A stretch of 64,000 bases of DNA from Octopus sinensis (taxonomy: Eukaryota): assembly GCF_006345805.1 (NCBI RefSeq), contig NC_043003.1:105896001-105960000 (forward strand), written 5' to 3'. The notes below the pieces were generated by a model. That model did no database searches. It saw only the letters and a program-made list of their open reading frames with translations, and was not told the origin of the DNA. This document shows positions 37,362-48,619 of the stretch, piece by piece. Numbering within the stretch: position 1 is the stretch's first letter; every line of letters starts with the position of its first letter. The position numbers and the translations under genes were made by a program.

Positions 37362-38312
37362 CTATTGAATATGAAAATACAAAAAAAGATATCAAGTTAT
37401 AACATATACAGTTTTTGGTAGCATATAAGTCACACTTTCCAAAAATACGTCCCAAACAATAAGTCGGTCTCCCTGGGTCCTGTATGTAAAGTTGGGTCTC
37501 CCAAAAGCTTTAATGCACTTCAAACTTTTTTCCTAGACATGTGCTACTGGAATTGCAGTATTTCTAATATTCCTGTGTCTTTTAATGCCGTTACATACGG
37601 TACATTCCTTCACAATGTCTTTAACTCGATTTCTTCGACTTCAGAAATAAAGTGTCTTTTACACATTAATTGAAGGCTTGTAGACATTTTACTTCCTCAT
37701 TTGAAGAAAATTATAAGCAAGGAGTTGGGATATATTAAAACCAAAAGAAAAAAATAAAGTTTGTGTCGTAGGGAGTTTTCTTATATTGAGAAGTAAAGTC
37801 CCTAGGTACAGCCAGTGGGACTATTTCGGTATTGGCTCAGTATTATAACCGAATATAAATTATCGATTGTCGACACGACACTCTTTCAAAGAGAAATTGT
37901 ATTAGTAATATTGAATTAATAGATCACTTAATTTGTACTAAATTTACTGTTTCATTTATATGAAGATACTCAGCCAGTAACCAGATTTCAGAATTTTGAA
38001 GTGAAGATGCAACACAGCGACCTTTTATCTACAGCTGCACCATTTCTAGCTTCCATGTTGCTTTTAGTGTCGTGAGATCCAAGTCTTTTGACTAATCAAT
38101 CTCATGAAAAAAAAAAAAACAAAAAAAAAAACGGAAATAATTTTGGACCCAGGCGTAATTAACTTTCCGAAAGAGGTTTAACAGCATAATGAAATCCCTT
38201 ACGGATTCCAGCTGTGGAACTTTGATCGCTATATTGTAGAATTTATTCAGAATGGAAGAGAGCTAAGATTGTTTTTAAGATTTCGAAATTTTGTGTTAAC
38301 ATTTATGGATAA

Positions 38313-38843
38313 CTAGCAGTATCGCCCGGCGTTGCTCGGGTTTGTAAGGGAAATAACTTTATAAGCATTTTTAGAGAGTTACTTCCCTTATAGATGCCAA
38401 TTCGGGCTTTCTTAGCCATTTCTGTTTTGGTGTCTTCAAGCCATGAAGTCGTTGTTCTAAAAGAACGCTGGTCTCCTTGACAACGCTTTACGACGTTGAT
38501 TTCCTTACACTCCCTTCCCCACAGCTTCACGAGGGAGGGAAGAAGGGGGAGAAGCAAACACAGGTGCAGGTGTTTGAGCGTGGACGCCAACTCCGCCGCC
38601 ATCGACACACGAAAAATTATGCATTAAAATGGAATAAAAAATGATGTTAAATTATTTTTAAAATCGTAGACTCATCGTAGACGCGCGCTAATACTCGATA
38701 TGAATCACTACTACGGACTCGATATGAATCACGACTATAAGATACCCGAATTTGGTTAAACTGCACCGCAAAATGTGGGAGTAGTTAGGAATCTAAATCG
38801 AAGGGGACAGACACTCACACAACTACAGTTTTATATATATAGA
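38313..38843 (-). mobile_element. Non-autonomous Helitron
   Basis: Minus strand 5' A|TC (38843), 3' hairpin CCCGAGCAACGCCGGG then CTAG|T (38316-38313). Confidence 0.8.
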
Positions 38844-39124
38844 TTTTTATGCTATAAAATTTGACAACTTTTGAGGTTAACGAGAATAAATAGTGACCTG
38901 ATAAGTATTGGTTATGCCTCAACAGATTTTACAGATATAGACAAGCTAACTACGTATATAAATTCATTACACAATATAATAAATATAGAAGATGTTCCTG
39001 TCTATATCATCTTCCATATTTCCATGCGCTTTCATTCGATCGGTCTGATTCTCAATTGTCTTTCTCAGTGAAATGCAAATGTGTAACGAATAAAATATGA
39101 GCGACGTTTGATGTCGTTCCAACA

Positions 39125-39770
39125 TTCTTTTCTACTCTAGACACAAGGCTCGAAATTTTTGAGGAGGGTGGGGCAGTCGATTAGATCGACCCCCATACGT
39201 AACTGGTACTTATTTAATCGACCCCGAAAGGATGAAAGGCAAAGTCGATCTCGGCGGAATTTGAACTCAGAACGTAAAGACAGACGAAATACCTATTTCT
39301 TTACTACCCACAAGGGGCAAAACACAGAGAGGACAAACAAGGACAGACAAACGGATTAAATCGATTATATCGACCCCAGTGCGTAACTGGTACTAAATTT
39401 ATAGAGGGCGGCGAGCTGGCAGAAACGTAAGAGCACCGGCGAAATGCTTCGCGGTATTTCGGCTGCCGTTACGTTGTGAGTTCAAATTCCGCCGAGGTCG
39501 ACTTTGTCTTTCATCCTTTCGGGGTCGATAAATTAAGTACCAGTTACGCACTGGAGTCGATGTAATCGACTTAATACCTATGTCTGTCCTTGTTTGTCCC
39601 CTCTATGTTTAGCCCCTTGTGGGTAATAAAGAAATATGTACTAAATTTATCGACCCCGAAAGGATGAAAGGCAAAGTCGACCCATGCGGAATTTGAACTC
39701 AGAACGTAACGGCAGACGAAATACGGCTACGCATTTCGCCCGGCGTGCTAACGTTTCTGCCAGCTTGACG
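39125..39770. mobile_element. SINE B (plus, 39407-39637) nested in a dimeric SINE B (minus)
   Basis: 13-bp TSD GTACTAAATTTAT at 39390-39402 and 39638-39650. Confidence 0.9.
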
Positions 39771-39841
39771 CCTTGACCCGTACATACATTGAATAAGCGA
39801 TGGGAACGACAGCAGAATATTAAGAATGCCAAATTACTTAC

Positions 39842-40015
39842 ACTCATGACAATGATGCAAACCAGCAACGAGGCTCCATCAGAAAGAACTCGGTAGGAAT
39901 CGATTTCCAAAGCTAAAGAATTTGTCAAAACGCTGAAGTATTTCTCCACAATAAAATAAATGAAATGAAGGGTTGATATGAAAATAATCGAATATTGGTC
40001 ACGTTTAAACGACAT
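39842..40015 (-). CDS. SLC30A1-like: SLC30A/ZnT-like transporter, exon 1 (TM1-TM2)
   Basis: ATG at 40015, donor AGT|gtaagt, 174 bp, phase 0. Translates MSFKRDQYSIIFISTLHFIYFIVEKYFSVLTNSLALEIDSYRVLSDGASLLVCIIVMS, the CDF 'F+VE....+TNSLAL..DS+HMLSD' motif with H replaced by R. Confidence 0.92.
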
Positions 40016-40279
40016 TGCTGACCGCTGTGTGCAGGAAGTCTTTACAGATAGAATCTCAATCGATATAGCGATAATTCTATTAGTTCAGAGAAGAAGTAAA
40101 TAAAGGATCGATCCCCATGGGTGGTATCTTGTTGCTTTACACATGGAGAAGGAATTCTGAAATAAATAAAATCAAATAATTATAAATATAATGAATCTTT
40201 TAGGAAGCAAATATACTTCGATTATAAATATATTATAGAACAATAATTCAAATATGAATTTGAAGCAGCGCTAGAGTTG

Positions 40280-40493
40280 CAAACATTATCGAACACACAA
40301 ACACAACGAACGGGATTAACTTGCTCGCCGGTAGGTGGCGCTTTAGATAAGTGGGGATGAATCCCTCAAAGCACCTGTCTCACCTGTTTGTGATTTTCAG
40401 GTGTTTTAACACCCGGCGCTATAACAGAGTCATCCCCACCGCGCGCTAAATTGCAAAACACATACATCGAATGTATGTGTTCGATAAGGTTTG
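40280..40493. mobile_element. Small TIR-bounded unit (MITE-like) upstream of the ZnT ATG
   Basis: 18-bp inverted termini (17/18 match), internal perfect hairpin ACACATACAT-CGA-ATGTATGTGT, CTCF-like CCGGTAGGTGGCGCT at 40328. Confidence 0.5.
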
Positions 40494-41870
40494 TATCAAT
40501 AATTATATAAAATATGTAATAGAACAATAATTATAGAAATAATTTGTTTCCTTCTTATTCAAGAATTTCGAAACTTCATTAAATTAAAAGATTATTTATA
40601 GACGCTCACTTTGCAACAATATGGTTTTGAGTTCGATCCCACCGTACAACATCTCCAGCAAGTGTCTTATACTACAGCCCCGGACCGACCAATATCTTGC
40701 GAGTGAATTTGGTTGACGGAAACTGTATGGAAGCCCGTCATATATGTATGAGTGTGTGTGTGTTTGTGTGTTTTTGTATTTGTCCCTTCTCCCCCTCTCT
40801 ACTGCTAGACCGTCGGTACTGGTTTATTTACGTCCCGGTAACTTTGCACTTCGGCAAGAAGAGAACGATATGTTAAGTAACAAACTTCAAAAAAGAAAAA
40901 AAAAAAAACAGAGAAAAATAAAAATGCTTCAGCCATGTCCGTCCCAAGTCTTGTTTTATAAGAGTCCTTTTCGGCGATTTTGCTGCTATTTCTAATGACT
41001 TGAGAAAGATTTCGTTGTGTGCCTATAAAAAATCTGATTTTCCATTTAGCTATCACGGAGTTTCCAGAGTTATAGAACGCTTTCGGCCACAAGGAGACGG
41101 AATAAAACTGGTGGAACTTGATTAGTTTAGCTAGTTTGAAGTAGTTGGGTTCAGAAATTAGCGATAATTGTGCAGCAGGATTATGTAAAGTGGACAGAAC
41201 TAATTAATCTGTAGAGGACGAAGAAAAAGAAGCTAGATAATATCTATGGTTATGTTGCTTTTTGTTCCAACTGAGATCAGACAAGAGTGCAGGTGACCGA
41301 GTCAAGTTTTGCTGTTCGTACAAAGGCGGGGTGGTGGTGGTAATGAATCGTGTCGACATAGTTGATACTCAAATGATGAATGCACTCCATCTCACTGTAA
41401 ATAAGTACTGCATGATATAGCTTGGCTTCCCCAAGTTAGACACAAAGTGGGAGTCTCTTGTGGTGCAACTTATTACCCTCACCCCACCAGCGCTCCAAAT
41501 TATAATACTTGCAAAATAAGGGAACTTAAACAACTAATGGGAGCTGGTGGCGCCCAGTTGGATTAAAATAAGATAAAAATCCCCTGTGGTTGAGTAGGGA
41601 AGTTCTTAATCCCATAGGTGACATGTTGATAAAATGGATGATCAAGATCTGTGTTCCAAAACACAGGTAAGTCAAAGGTATGTTTTTCCGCTTGTAGAAG
41701 AGAACCTGGCATTGCAAACCAACAAAACACTCGTCAATTTTCCATTGCTACCACTCCTTACACCAGTTGATTGTTCCTCCCACTGAGATTCTTGTTAGTC
41801 ACCAGGACACTCATCGCTGAGCACCCTGCAAACAAATTCATCGACCATTTTGGTTTAAAATGTCTCAAGT

Positions 41871-41911
<41 letters not shown>

Positions 41912-42054
41912 CAATAAAGATTCAAGTTAATTTAAATGAATTTACTTGAATATGGTACCTAACTTAGATGCACCAAAAAAAACTATACTGTTTTTAACAA
42001 TACAGTAATGTGGGGTGATTATAAGCGAGAAAGAAGCAACAAGAATGGATAGGT

Positions 42055-42144
42055 TTTTAGTACAATCGTTTCATACAAGGACAGGCTTTATTAAATGTTG
42101 CAAAAATTACAGCATAAAACGTGTCCCGTACTCATCAGCTAAAA
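42055..42144 (-). ncRNA. Minimal type I hammerhead ribozyme (left arm)
   Basis: Reverse-complement copy of 42864-42954 with all core bases intact. Confidence 0.8.
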
Positions 42145-42863
42145 TACTGTGAGTTCTCTAGACATCCTAGTGGTTGAGGCTATACTCATGAAGTAATGTA
42201 GATAATTAAGTAACATAAACAGATTTCCAAAGTTCATTAAGTTCTTTAAGAGGATGTACAGTCTTATCACAGTCTTATCCTTTATTTTCTCTCTTTTCTT
42301 CCTTCTCTCCTTCCCTTTTCTGTTCTTGGCATCTCTAGAAAGCCCTTCAGCCTTTAAAGTTAAATAGCTACAGCCTCTTGTAAATAGCAGTAATGTGATT
42401 AATGTGGCAAATACCTAATCATATAACAAGAATTGATACCTACCTCATTGTGTTCAACCATTGATAAATTTATCGCCTGTGAATATGAAATTCCCCTTCA
42501 TTTCTCTGGAAATTTACATCTACACCATTGGAAATTGTGCATCTATACAAAGGATTAATTCACCCTCTCTGTAATGCTAATAAGCAGGAATTGAGACCCA
42601 CCTCGTTGTGATTAACAATGGATAAATTTGTCGTCTGTGAGTATGTAATCCCTCCTCATATCTCTGGAAATTCATATGTGCACTATGGATTAGGTCACCT
42701 TCTCTGTGATGCTATTATAACTTTTTTAAAATTCTGTGATAAGACTGTACATCATCTTTAAAGAACTTTAATGAACTTTGGAATCTGTTATTTTTACTTA
42801 ATTATCTACATCACTTCATGAGTATAGCCTCAACCACTAGGATGTCTAGAGAACTCACATGTA

Positions 42864-42954
42864 TTTTAGCTGATGAGTACGGGACACGTTTATATGCTGT
42901 AATTTTTGCAACATTTAATAAAGCCTGTCCTTGTATGAAACGATTGTACTAAAA
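42864..42954 (+). ncRNA. Minimal type I hammerhead ribozyme (right arm)
   Basis: TTTTAG-CTGATGA(42870)-GTACGGGACA...TGTCCTTGTAT-GAAA(42937)-C-GATT-GT-A/CTAAAA: 6-bp stem I, about 10-bp stem II, short quasi-palindromic stem III, GUA cleavage after 42948. Confidence 0.8.
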
Positions 42955-42983
42955 ACCTATCCATTCTTGTGCTTCTTTCTCGC

Positions 42984-43029
<46 letters not shown>

Positions 43030-43907
43030 GTAGAGGTAGGTACGTACATATATGTTTATATATATGCATATGTTTTATTTATTAATATATTATATGACGA
43101 AACGCATGCATCCCTTTTTAAGTAAGATTGTTCTTGATATTAACTTTGATGCGCACTCTTAACCTTTCTGTCCCATCCCTTTCTCAGCCTTCATTCTTTG
43201 ATTTCCTTTTCCTCTACTTAACTTGTCTGTCCCTCTCTCTCATACTTCACTCTCTCTCTCTCCCCCTCTTTCATTCTTCATGGTTTCCTCACAACCATTC
43301 CCCTTCTTCTCTCCCTTTCTCTTGCTCCTCCTCCCCCCTCCGTCGTTGACCCGCAACGAGACTTCCGCTACTGTCTTTCTAGCCTAACCCTCTCGAGGTG
43401 TGGACGGCAATTCTTTTTGCTCCGTTCGTCGTTCACAAAAAAATCTGCGTTCGTAATACTTTTTCTCGTTCGGCGTTAACAGCCCTTCTTATCTTGTTTT
43501 TCCTTGTCCTGTCTTTTACTGTTTATAATTTGTACTGTCGTTACTGTCCTGTTTTTGTTACCATTTTTTACCCCTCTGCGAAAAGATCTCAAAATTTTAA
43601 TTGATTTGCTTTTTGCAGGAAGGAAAGTTTCTTGTCGAAGATACGTCTCGCTTTCACCTTCGAAACGTAGAGTAGATGAAACCATAGCGACTGAAGAAGG
43701 GGTTTTTTCTTTGTGTTAATTGTCCTGTACTCTATTTTTTTGTTGTTTAAAAAATGTCCAGTTCCTTGGGTTTGTGTCTATGTTTTCGTTTCTCATTGTG
43801 TTCGACGTCCTTTTTGGTGTCCTGTACTCATATATGCGTGTATATGTACATGTAGAGGTAGGTACGTAATATATGTTTATATATATGCATATGTTCTATT
43901 TATTAAC
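43030..43907 (+). mobile_element. PLE-like unit with a partial tandem terminal repeat
   Basis: GTAGAGGTAGGTACGTA...TATTTATTAA repeated at 43030 and 43852 (period 822); long pyrimidine tract; flanked by (TA)n; 3' part recurs inverted at 58476-58727. Confidence 0.55.
43642..43702 (+). ncRNA. Candidate non-circularly permuted (rearranged) hammerhead ribozyme
   Basis: TACGTC/TCGCT - TTCA - CCTTC-GAAACGTA - 16 nt - AGCGA-CTGAAGA-AGGGG: all three HHR strands are present with crossing stems. Confidence 0.5.
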
Positions 43908-43961
<54 letters not shown>

Positions 43962-44310
43962 CTAGCAGTAATACCCGTCGTTCATCGGATAATTACTTTT
44001 ACTCTTTCTCAGGAGACAGATTCAAAGTATTATTATATATATAATAGATTTCTCAACGGGGATTTCAGTTTCAGGGGAGAGTTTCAGGGAGTCGCTGGCG
44101 ATGTATCGTGATGATCAAAAATCCGGCCCGCTAAAATTTGGTTAAAGTGATTCAAACTGCAGACTCAATGCAAAATGGTCACATTTAATTCATAGCGTTA
44201 AAGATGTTATGAAAACAATTGGTATGTGTTCACAAAGTCCAAACGATTAATACGAAAAAACCCTCCAGGCTACATCCCGGAAATTCATTTCTTTGCCGAA
44301 TTTCTACAAT
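43962..44310 (-). mobile_element. Degenerate non-autonomous Helitron
   Basis: CTAGCAGTAATACCCG end homologous to the other Helitron 3' ends; bounded by (TA)n. Confidence 0.5.
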
Positions 44311-44311
44311 G

Positions 44312-44391
<80 letters not shown>

Positions 44392-44395
<4 letters not shown>

Positions 44396-44490
44396 GAAGT
44401 TAATCCAAACAAGAAAACACAGAAAAAAAACACAGCAACGCGAGGACGTGGAACAATTAAAGTATTATTTGACGCTCAGGAAAGAAGGGA
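44392..44490 (-). repeat. PLE-associated terminal-repeat fragment
   Basis: TAGTT...AATCCAAA...GGACGTGGAACAA...GACGCTCAGGAAAGAAGGG also occurs at 62130-62220, at the 3' end of the PLE. Confidence 0.6.
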
Positions 44491-44491
44491 T

Positions 44492-44522
<31 letters not shown>

Positions 44523-44535
44523 CATATATATATAT

Positions 44536-44630
<95 letters not shown>

Positions 44631-45235
44631 AAGTTGGTGTGTGAAAGCACATGCAATATATATATATATATATAAGCAAATAAAACAAGAAGAGGTAAGA
44701 AGCAAAGAGTTTAATATTCCCATATCTCATTTTTATTTGTTTATCTTATACTAAACAATGTAAATATTACTGTCTTCGGTTGCATAATGCGGTTAAATTA
44801 CGCTGAAATTCAATTATCAGTGTGGTTTGATAGCCGGAATCTCAGTTGGTGTGCTTACAACTGCTTCCATTTGACGATTATCTAACAAAAAACTTATATA
44901 CATTCATGCTTTAGTTCTATTTTTTCTGGTTTCATCACCAAACCTATATACATATATGTATATAACACATACACACACACACACATTTGTATATATGTGA
45001 TTAATACATATTTTTATCACTCGCAGGATTTGCATTGAGGGCTGTGCAGTAGCATAAATAATAACAAGATATTTAACGGCTCTCTACAGATTCGGACACT
45101 CACAAATTTATTCTAATTTTGGTAACATTGCTTTCTGACATAGACACAAGTCAAAAATAAAAAAAAGTACACATCTTAGGAATGCTGAAAATCGATTAAA
45201 TCAACCTCATTACTCGATCGGTATTTAAATTTAAA

Positions 45236-45652
45236 GGCGGCGAGCTGACAGAAACGTTAGCACGCCGGGCGAACAGCGTAGCCGTATTTCGTCTGCCGTC
45301 TGCCGTTACGTTCTGAGTCCAAATTCCGCAGGGGTCGACTTTGCCTTTCATCCTTTCGGGGTCGATTAAATAAATACCAGTTACGCACTGGGGTCGATCT
45401 AATCGACTCAATCCATTTGTCTGTCCTTGTTTGTTCCCTCTGTGTTTCGCCCCTTGTGGACAATAAAGAAATAGGTATTTCGTCTGCCGCTACGTTCTGA
45501 GTTCAAATTCCGCCGAGGTCGACTTTGCCTTTCATCCTTTCGGGGTCGATAAATTAAGTACCAGTTACGCACTGGGGTCGATGTAATCGACTTAATCCGT
45601 TTGTCTGTCCTGTCTGTGTTTAGCCCCTTGTGGGTAATAAAGAAATGGGTAT
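45236..45652 (+). mobile_element. SINE family B dimer
   Basis: Head, body and tail, then the AAAGAAATAG|GTATTTCGTCTG junction and a second body and tail. Confidence 0.9.
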
Positions 45653-46034
45653 TTAAATTATCGATCCGAAACGTAGAGAAAATTGAAAAATATGAAATGG
45701 TTGAAAACAGGACATATACGGTTTCTTCTGTTACAAATAGAAATCACTGATAAACTTAAATATTTATAAATAATGTTTTGTTGTACTGCGTAGATTCAAG
45801 GGGTGGTAGCGACAAAGTAACTCGCTTGGAAAGGACACCACTCTTGCGCCCATCGAACATATCTCAACCCAAGATAGATGGACATCTGACCAGATTTCGG
45901 TAATCTATGGCAAAAGACGCAGTAGAAAACATATTGTTTTTTAGCTTCCAAAGGATTTTCCCTCTCTAATCAGACCTCGCCTATGCTTGATACGGGAAGG
46001 TTAAGGGGCCAGTTTACTCTCTCTCTCTCTTTTC

Positions 46035-46443
46035 TTACTCTTTTAATCTTTTACTTGTTTCAGTCGTTTGACTGCGGCCATGCTGGAGCACCGCCTTTAG
46101 TCGATCAAATCGACCCCGGGACTTATTCTTTGTAAGCCCAGTACTTATTCTATCGGTCTCTCTTTTGCCGAACCGCTAAGTGACGGGGACGTAAACACAC
46201 CGGCATCGGTTGTCAAGCAATGCCAGGGAGACAAACACAAACACACAAACACACACACATACATATATATATACATATATACGACAGGCTTCTTTCAGTT
46301 TCCGTCTACCAAATCCACTCACAAGGCATTGGTCGGCCCGGGGCTATAGCAGAAGACACTTGCCCAAGATGCCACGCAGTGGGACTGAACCCGGAACCAT
46401 GTGGTTGGTTAGCAAGCTACTAACCACACAGCCACTCCTGCGT
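46035..46443 (-). mobile_element. SINE family A
   Basis: Reverse full-length consensus. Confidence 0.92.
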
Positions 46444-46544
46444 AAATTTCCAAATGCAAAAGGCGAGAAGAATAGGACGAGAAGTTATAGGATGTTGTGG
46501 AATCGGTTTGGAATCCTCGCTCAGCCATCTGGAAGTTATTCGTT

Positions 46545-46547
<3 letters not shown>

Positions 46548-46636
<89 letters not shown>

Positions 46637-46818
46637 AACACACAAACACACACACACACACAAAACACACACACAAACACACACACACACAGACACACAC
46701 ACATACACACACACACATACACACACATACACACACACACAAACACACATACACACACACACCACACAAACACACACACACATACACACAACACACACAC
46801 ACACACAAACCACACACA

Positions 46819-46865
<47 letters not shown>

Positions 46866-47076
46866 ACACTCAAACACACACACACACAAACACCACACAC
46901 ACACAACACACCACACACACACACACACACATACACCACACACACACACCACACACACAAAACACACCATACACACACAACACAAACACACACACACAAA
47001 ACACACACAACACACACACACAAACACACAAACATACACCACACACAAATACACACACACACAACACACAACACAA

Positions 47077-47109
<33 letters not shown>

Positions 47110-47176
47110 CAACACACACATACACACACAAACACACAAACACACACATACACACACATACATACACACACACAAA

Positions 47177-47225
<49 letters not shown>
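46548..47225. repeat. About 680-bp degenerate (CA)n microsatellite
   Basis: Direct reading; it produces the HT/CV-repeat ORFs. Confidence 0.95.
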
Positions 47226-47483
47226 CAGTCTCGACTAGACTACCGGTTGTTGTTATACGCTCTATCTTTCGAATGGTGCCACTCCACTGGTTCGGCGAGG
47301 AGGCCACCATCTCCCTAATCGGAAGCCTTGTCCATTGCATGGTTACCCCCTTACAACATAATGGACTGGAGCAATGTGAAATGAAGTGTCTTGCTCAAGC
47401 CCGCACCTAATAATTAGGGCCTTCATATACGATAAGAGAAGGGGAACAACCAAAAGCTGAAGTTTTAAAAAAGTGGTTCAAAA

Positions 47484-47654
47484 GGCGCAGGTGTGGCTGT
47501 GTGGTAAGTAGCTTGCTTCCCAACCACATGGTTCCGGGTTCAGTCCCACTACGCGGCATCTTGGGCAAGTGTCTTCTGCTATAGCACCGGGCCGACCCAT
47601 GCCTTGTGAGTGGATTTGGTAGACGGAAACTGAAAGAAGCCTGTCGTATATATG

Positions 47655-47750
<96 letters not shown>

Positions 47751-47975
47751 GTGTGTGTGTTTGTGTGTCTGTGTTTGTCTCCCTAGCATTGCTTGACAGC
47801 CGATGCTGGTGTGTTTACGTCCCCGTAACTTAGCGGTTCGGCAAAAGAGACCGATAGAATAAGTACTGGGCTTACAAAGAATAAGTCCCGGGGTCGATTT
47901 GCTCGACTAAAGGCGGTGTGTTCCAGCATGGCCGCAGTCAAAAGACTGAAACAAGAAAAAAGAAAAAAAAAAAGA
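47484..47975 (+). mobile_element. SINE family A with a long internal (TA)n
   Basis: Consensus head and tail. Confidence 0.92.
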
Positions 47976-48619
47976 GTAAAAATGTTCTTTTTATTTGAAC
48001 GCACTTTTTCCGGGTCATAGTTTCCTCGCTAACTCAATGGAGAAGGGAACGGGCTGTTTCCGAGCATGGTTCATGATCTGATGCGAAATGCGTGATGCAT
48101 GTCGATCGCCGCCATGACGGGCGCTGATGCAGTCGACACACGACCGTTAGTCTTAGTTATTGCTGTATCGAGGAAAAAGATTTCGATATAAATGGGTCTT
48201 TGTATACGTGTCCTACCCAATTCCCCCAAAATATCAAACAACAAAATTTAAAACATTTTCGGTGACATGACACAAGCAACGACCTCTCGAGCTAGGCGTC
48301 CGGCATACACCTGGTTCAGTCAGTTGTGTTTACTCAGCTGTTTATAGTATATTTTCTGGTTTTGTTTCACAAGCTGTAATAAACAGTTCAAAAGTCACAA
48401 ACTATAAACGGTATCGAGTGTTTGGTTAAACCGGACAATCTTCTTCTGTGGACTTGAATCGGACACAAAGTCTTCCTAAGTTAATAATGCTTGAGATTGG
48501 TTTTTTCTCAATTTACATCGTCGCCCAAACTTTAGCTTGGGTGACGATGTAAATTTTCTTGCTTGAAAAAGTTTGCGAGACACAAACAGCAATAGATTAA
48601 ATCTGTCCCTCTACCTTAT

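Larger units (their letters stand above)
42025..42983. mobile_element. PLE-type pseudo-LTR with a 250-bp inverted duplication
   Basis: Arms 42025-42272 and 42734-42983 are near-identical reverse complements. The spacer has a pyrimidine tract and a roughly 157-bp-period direct repeat. Each arm holds an HHR. Confidence 0.75.

Noticed and set aside
46210-47410. ORFs of 229-342 aa rich in HT or CV
   Set aside because: Translations of the (CA)n microsatellite and the adjacent SINE.
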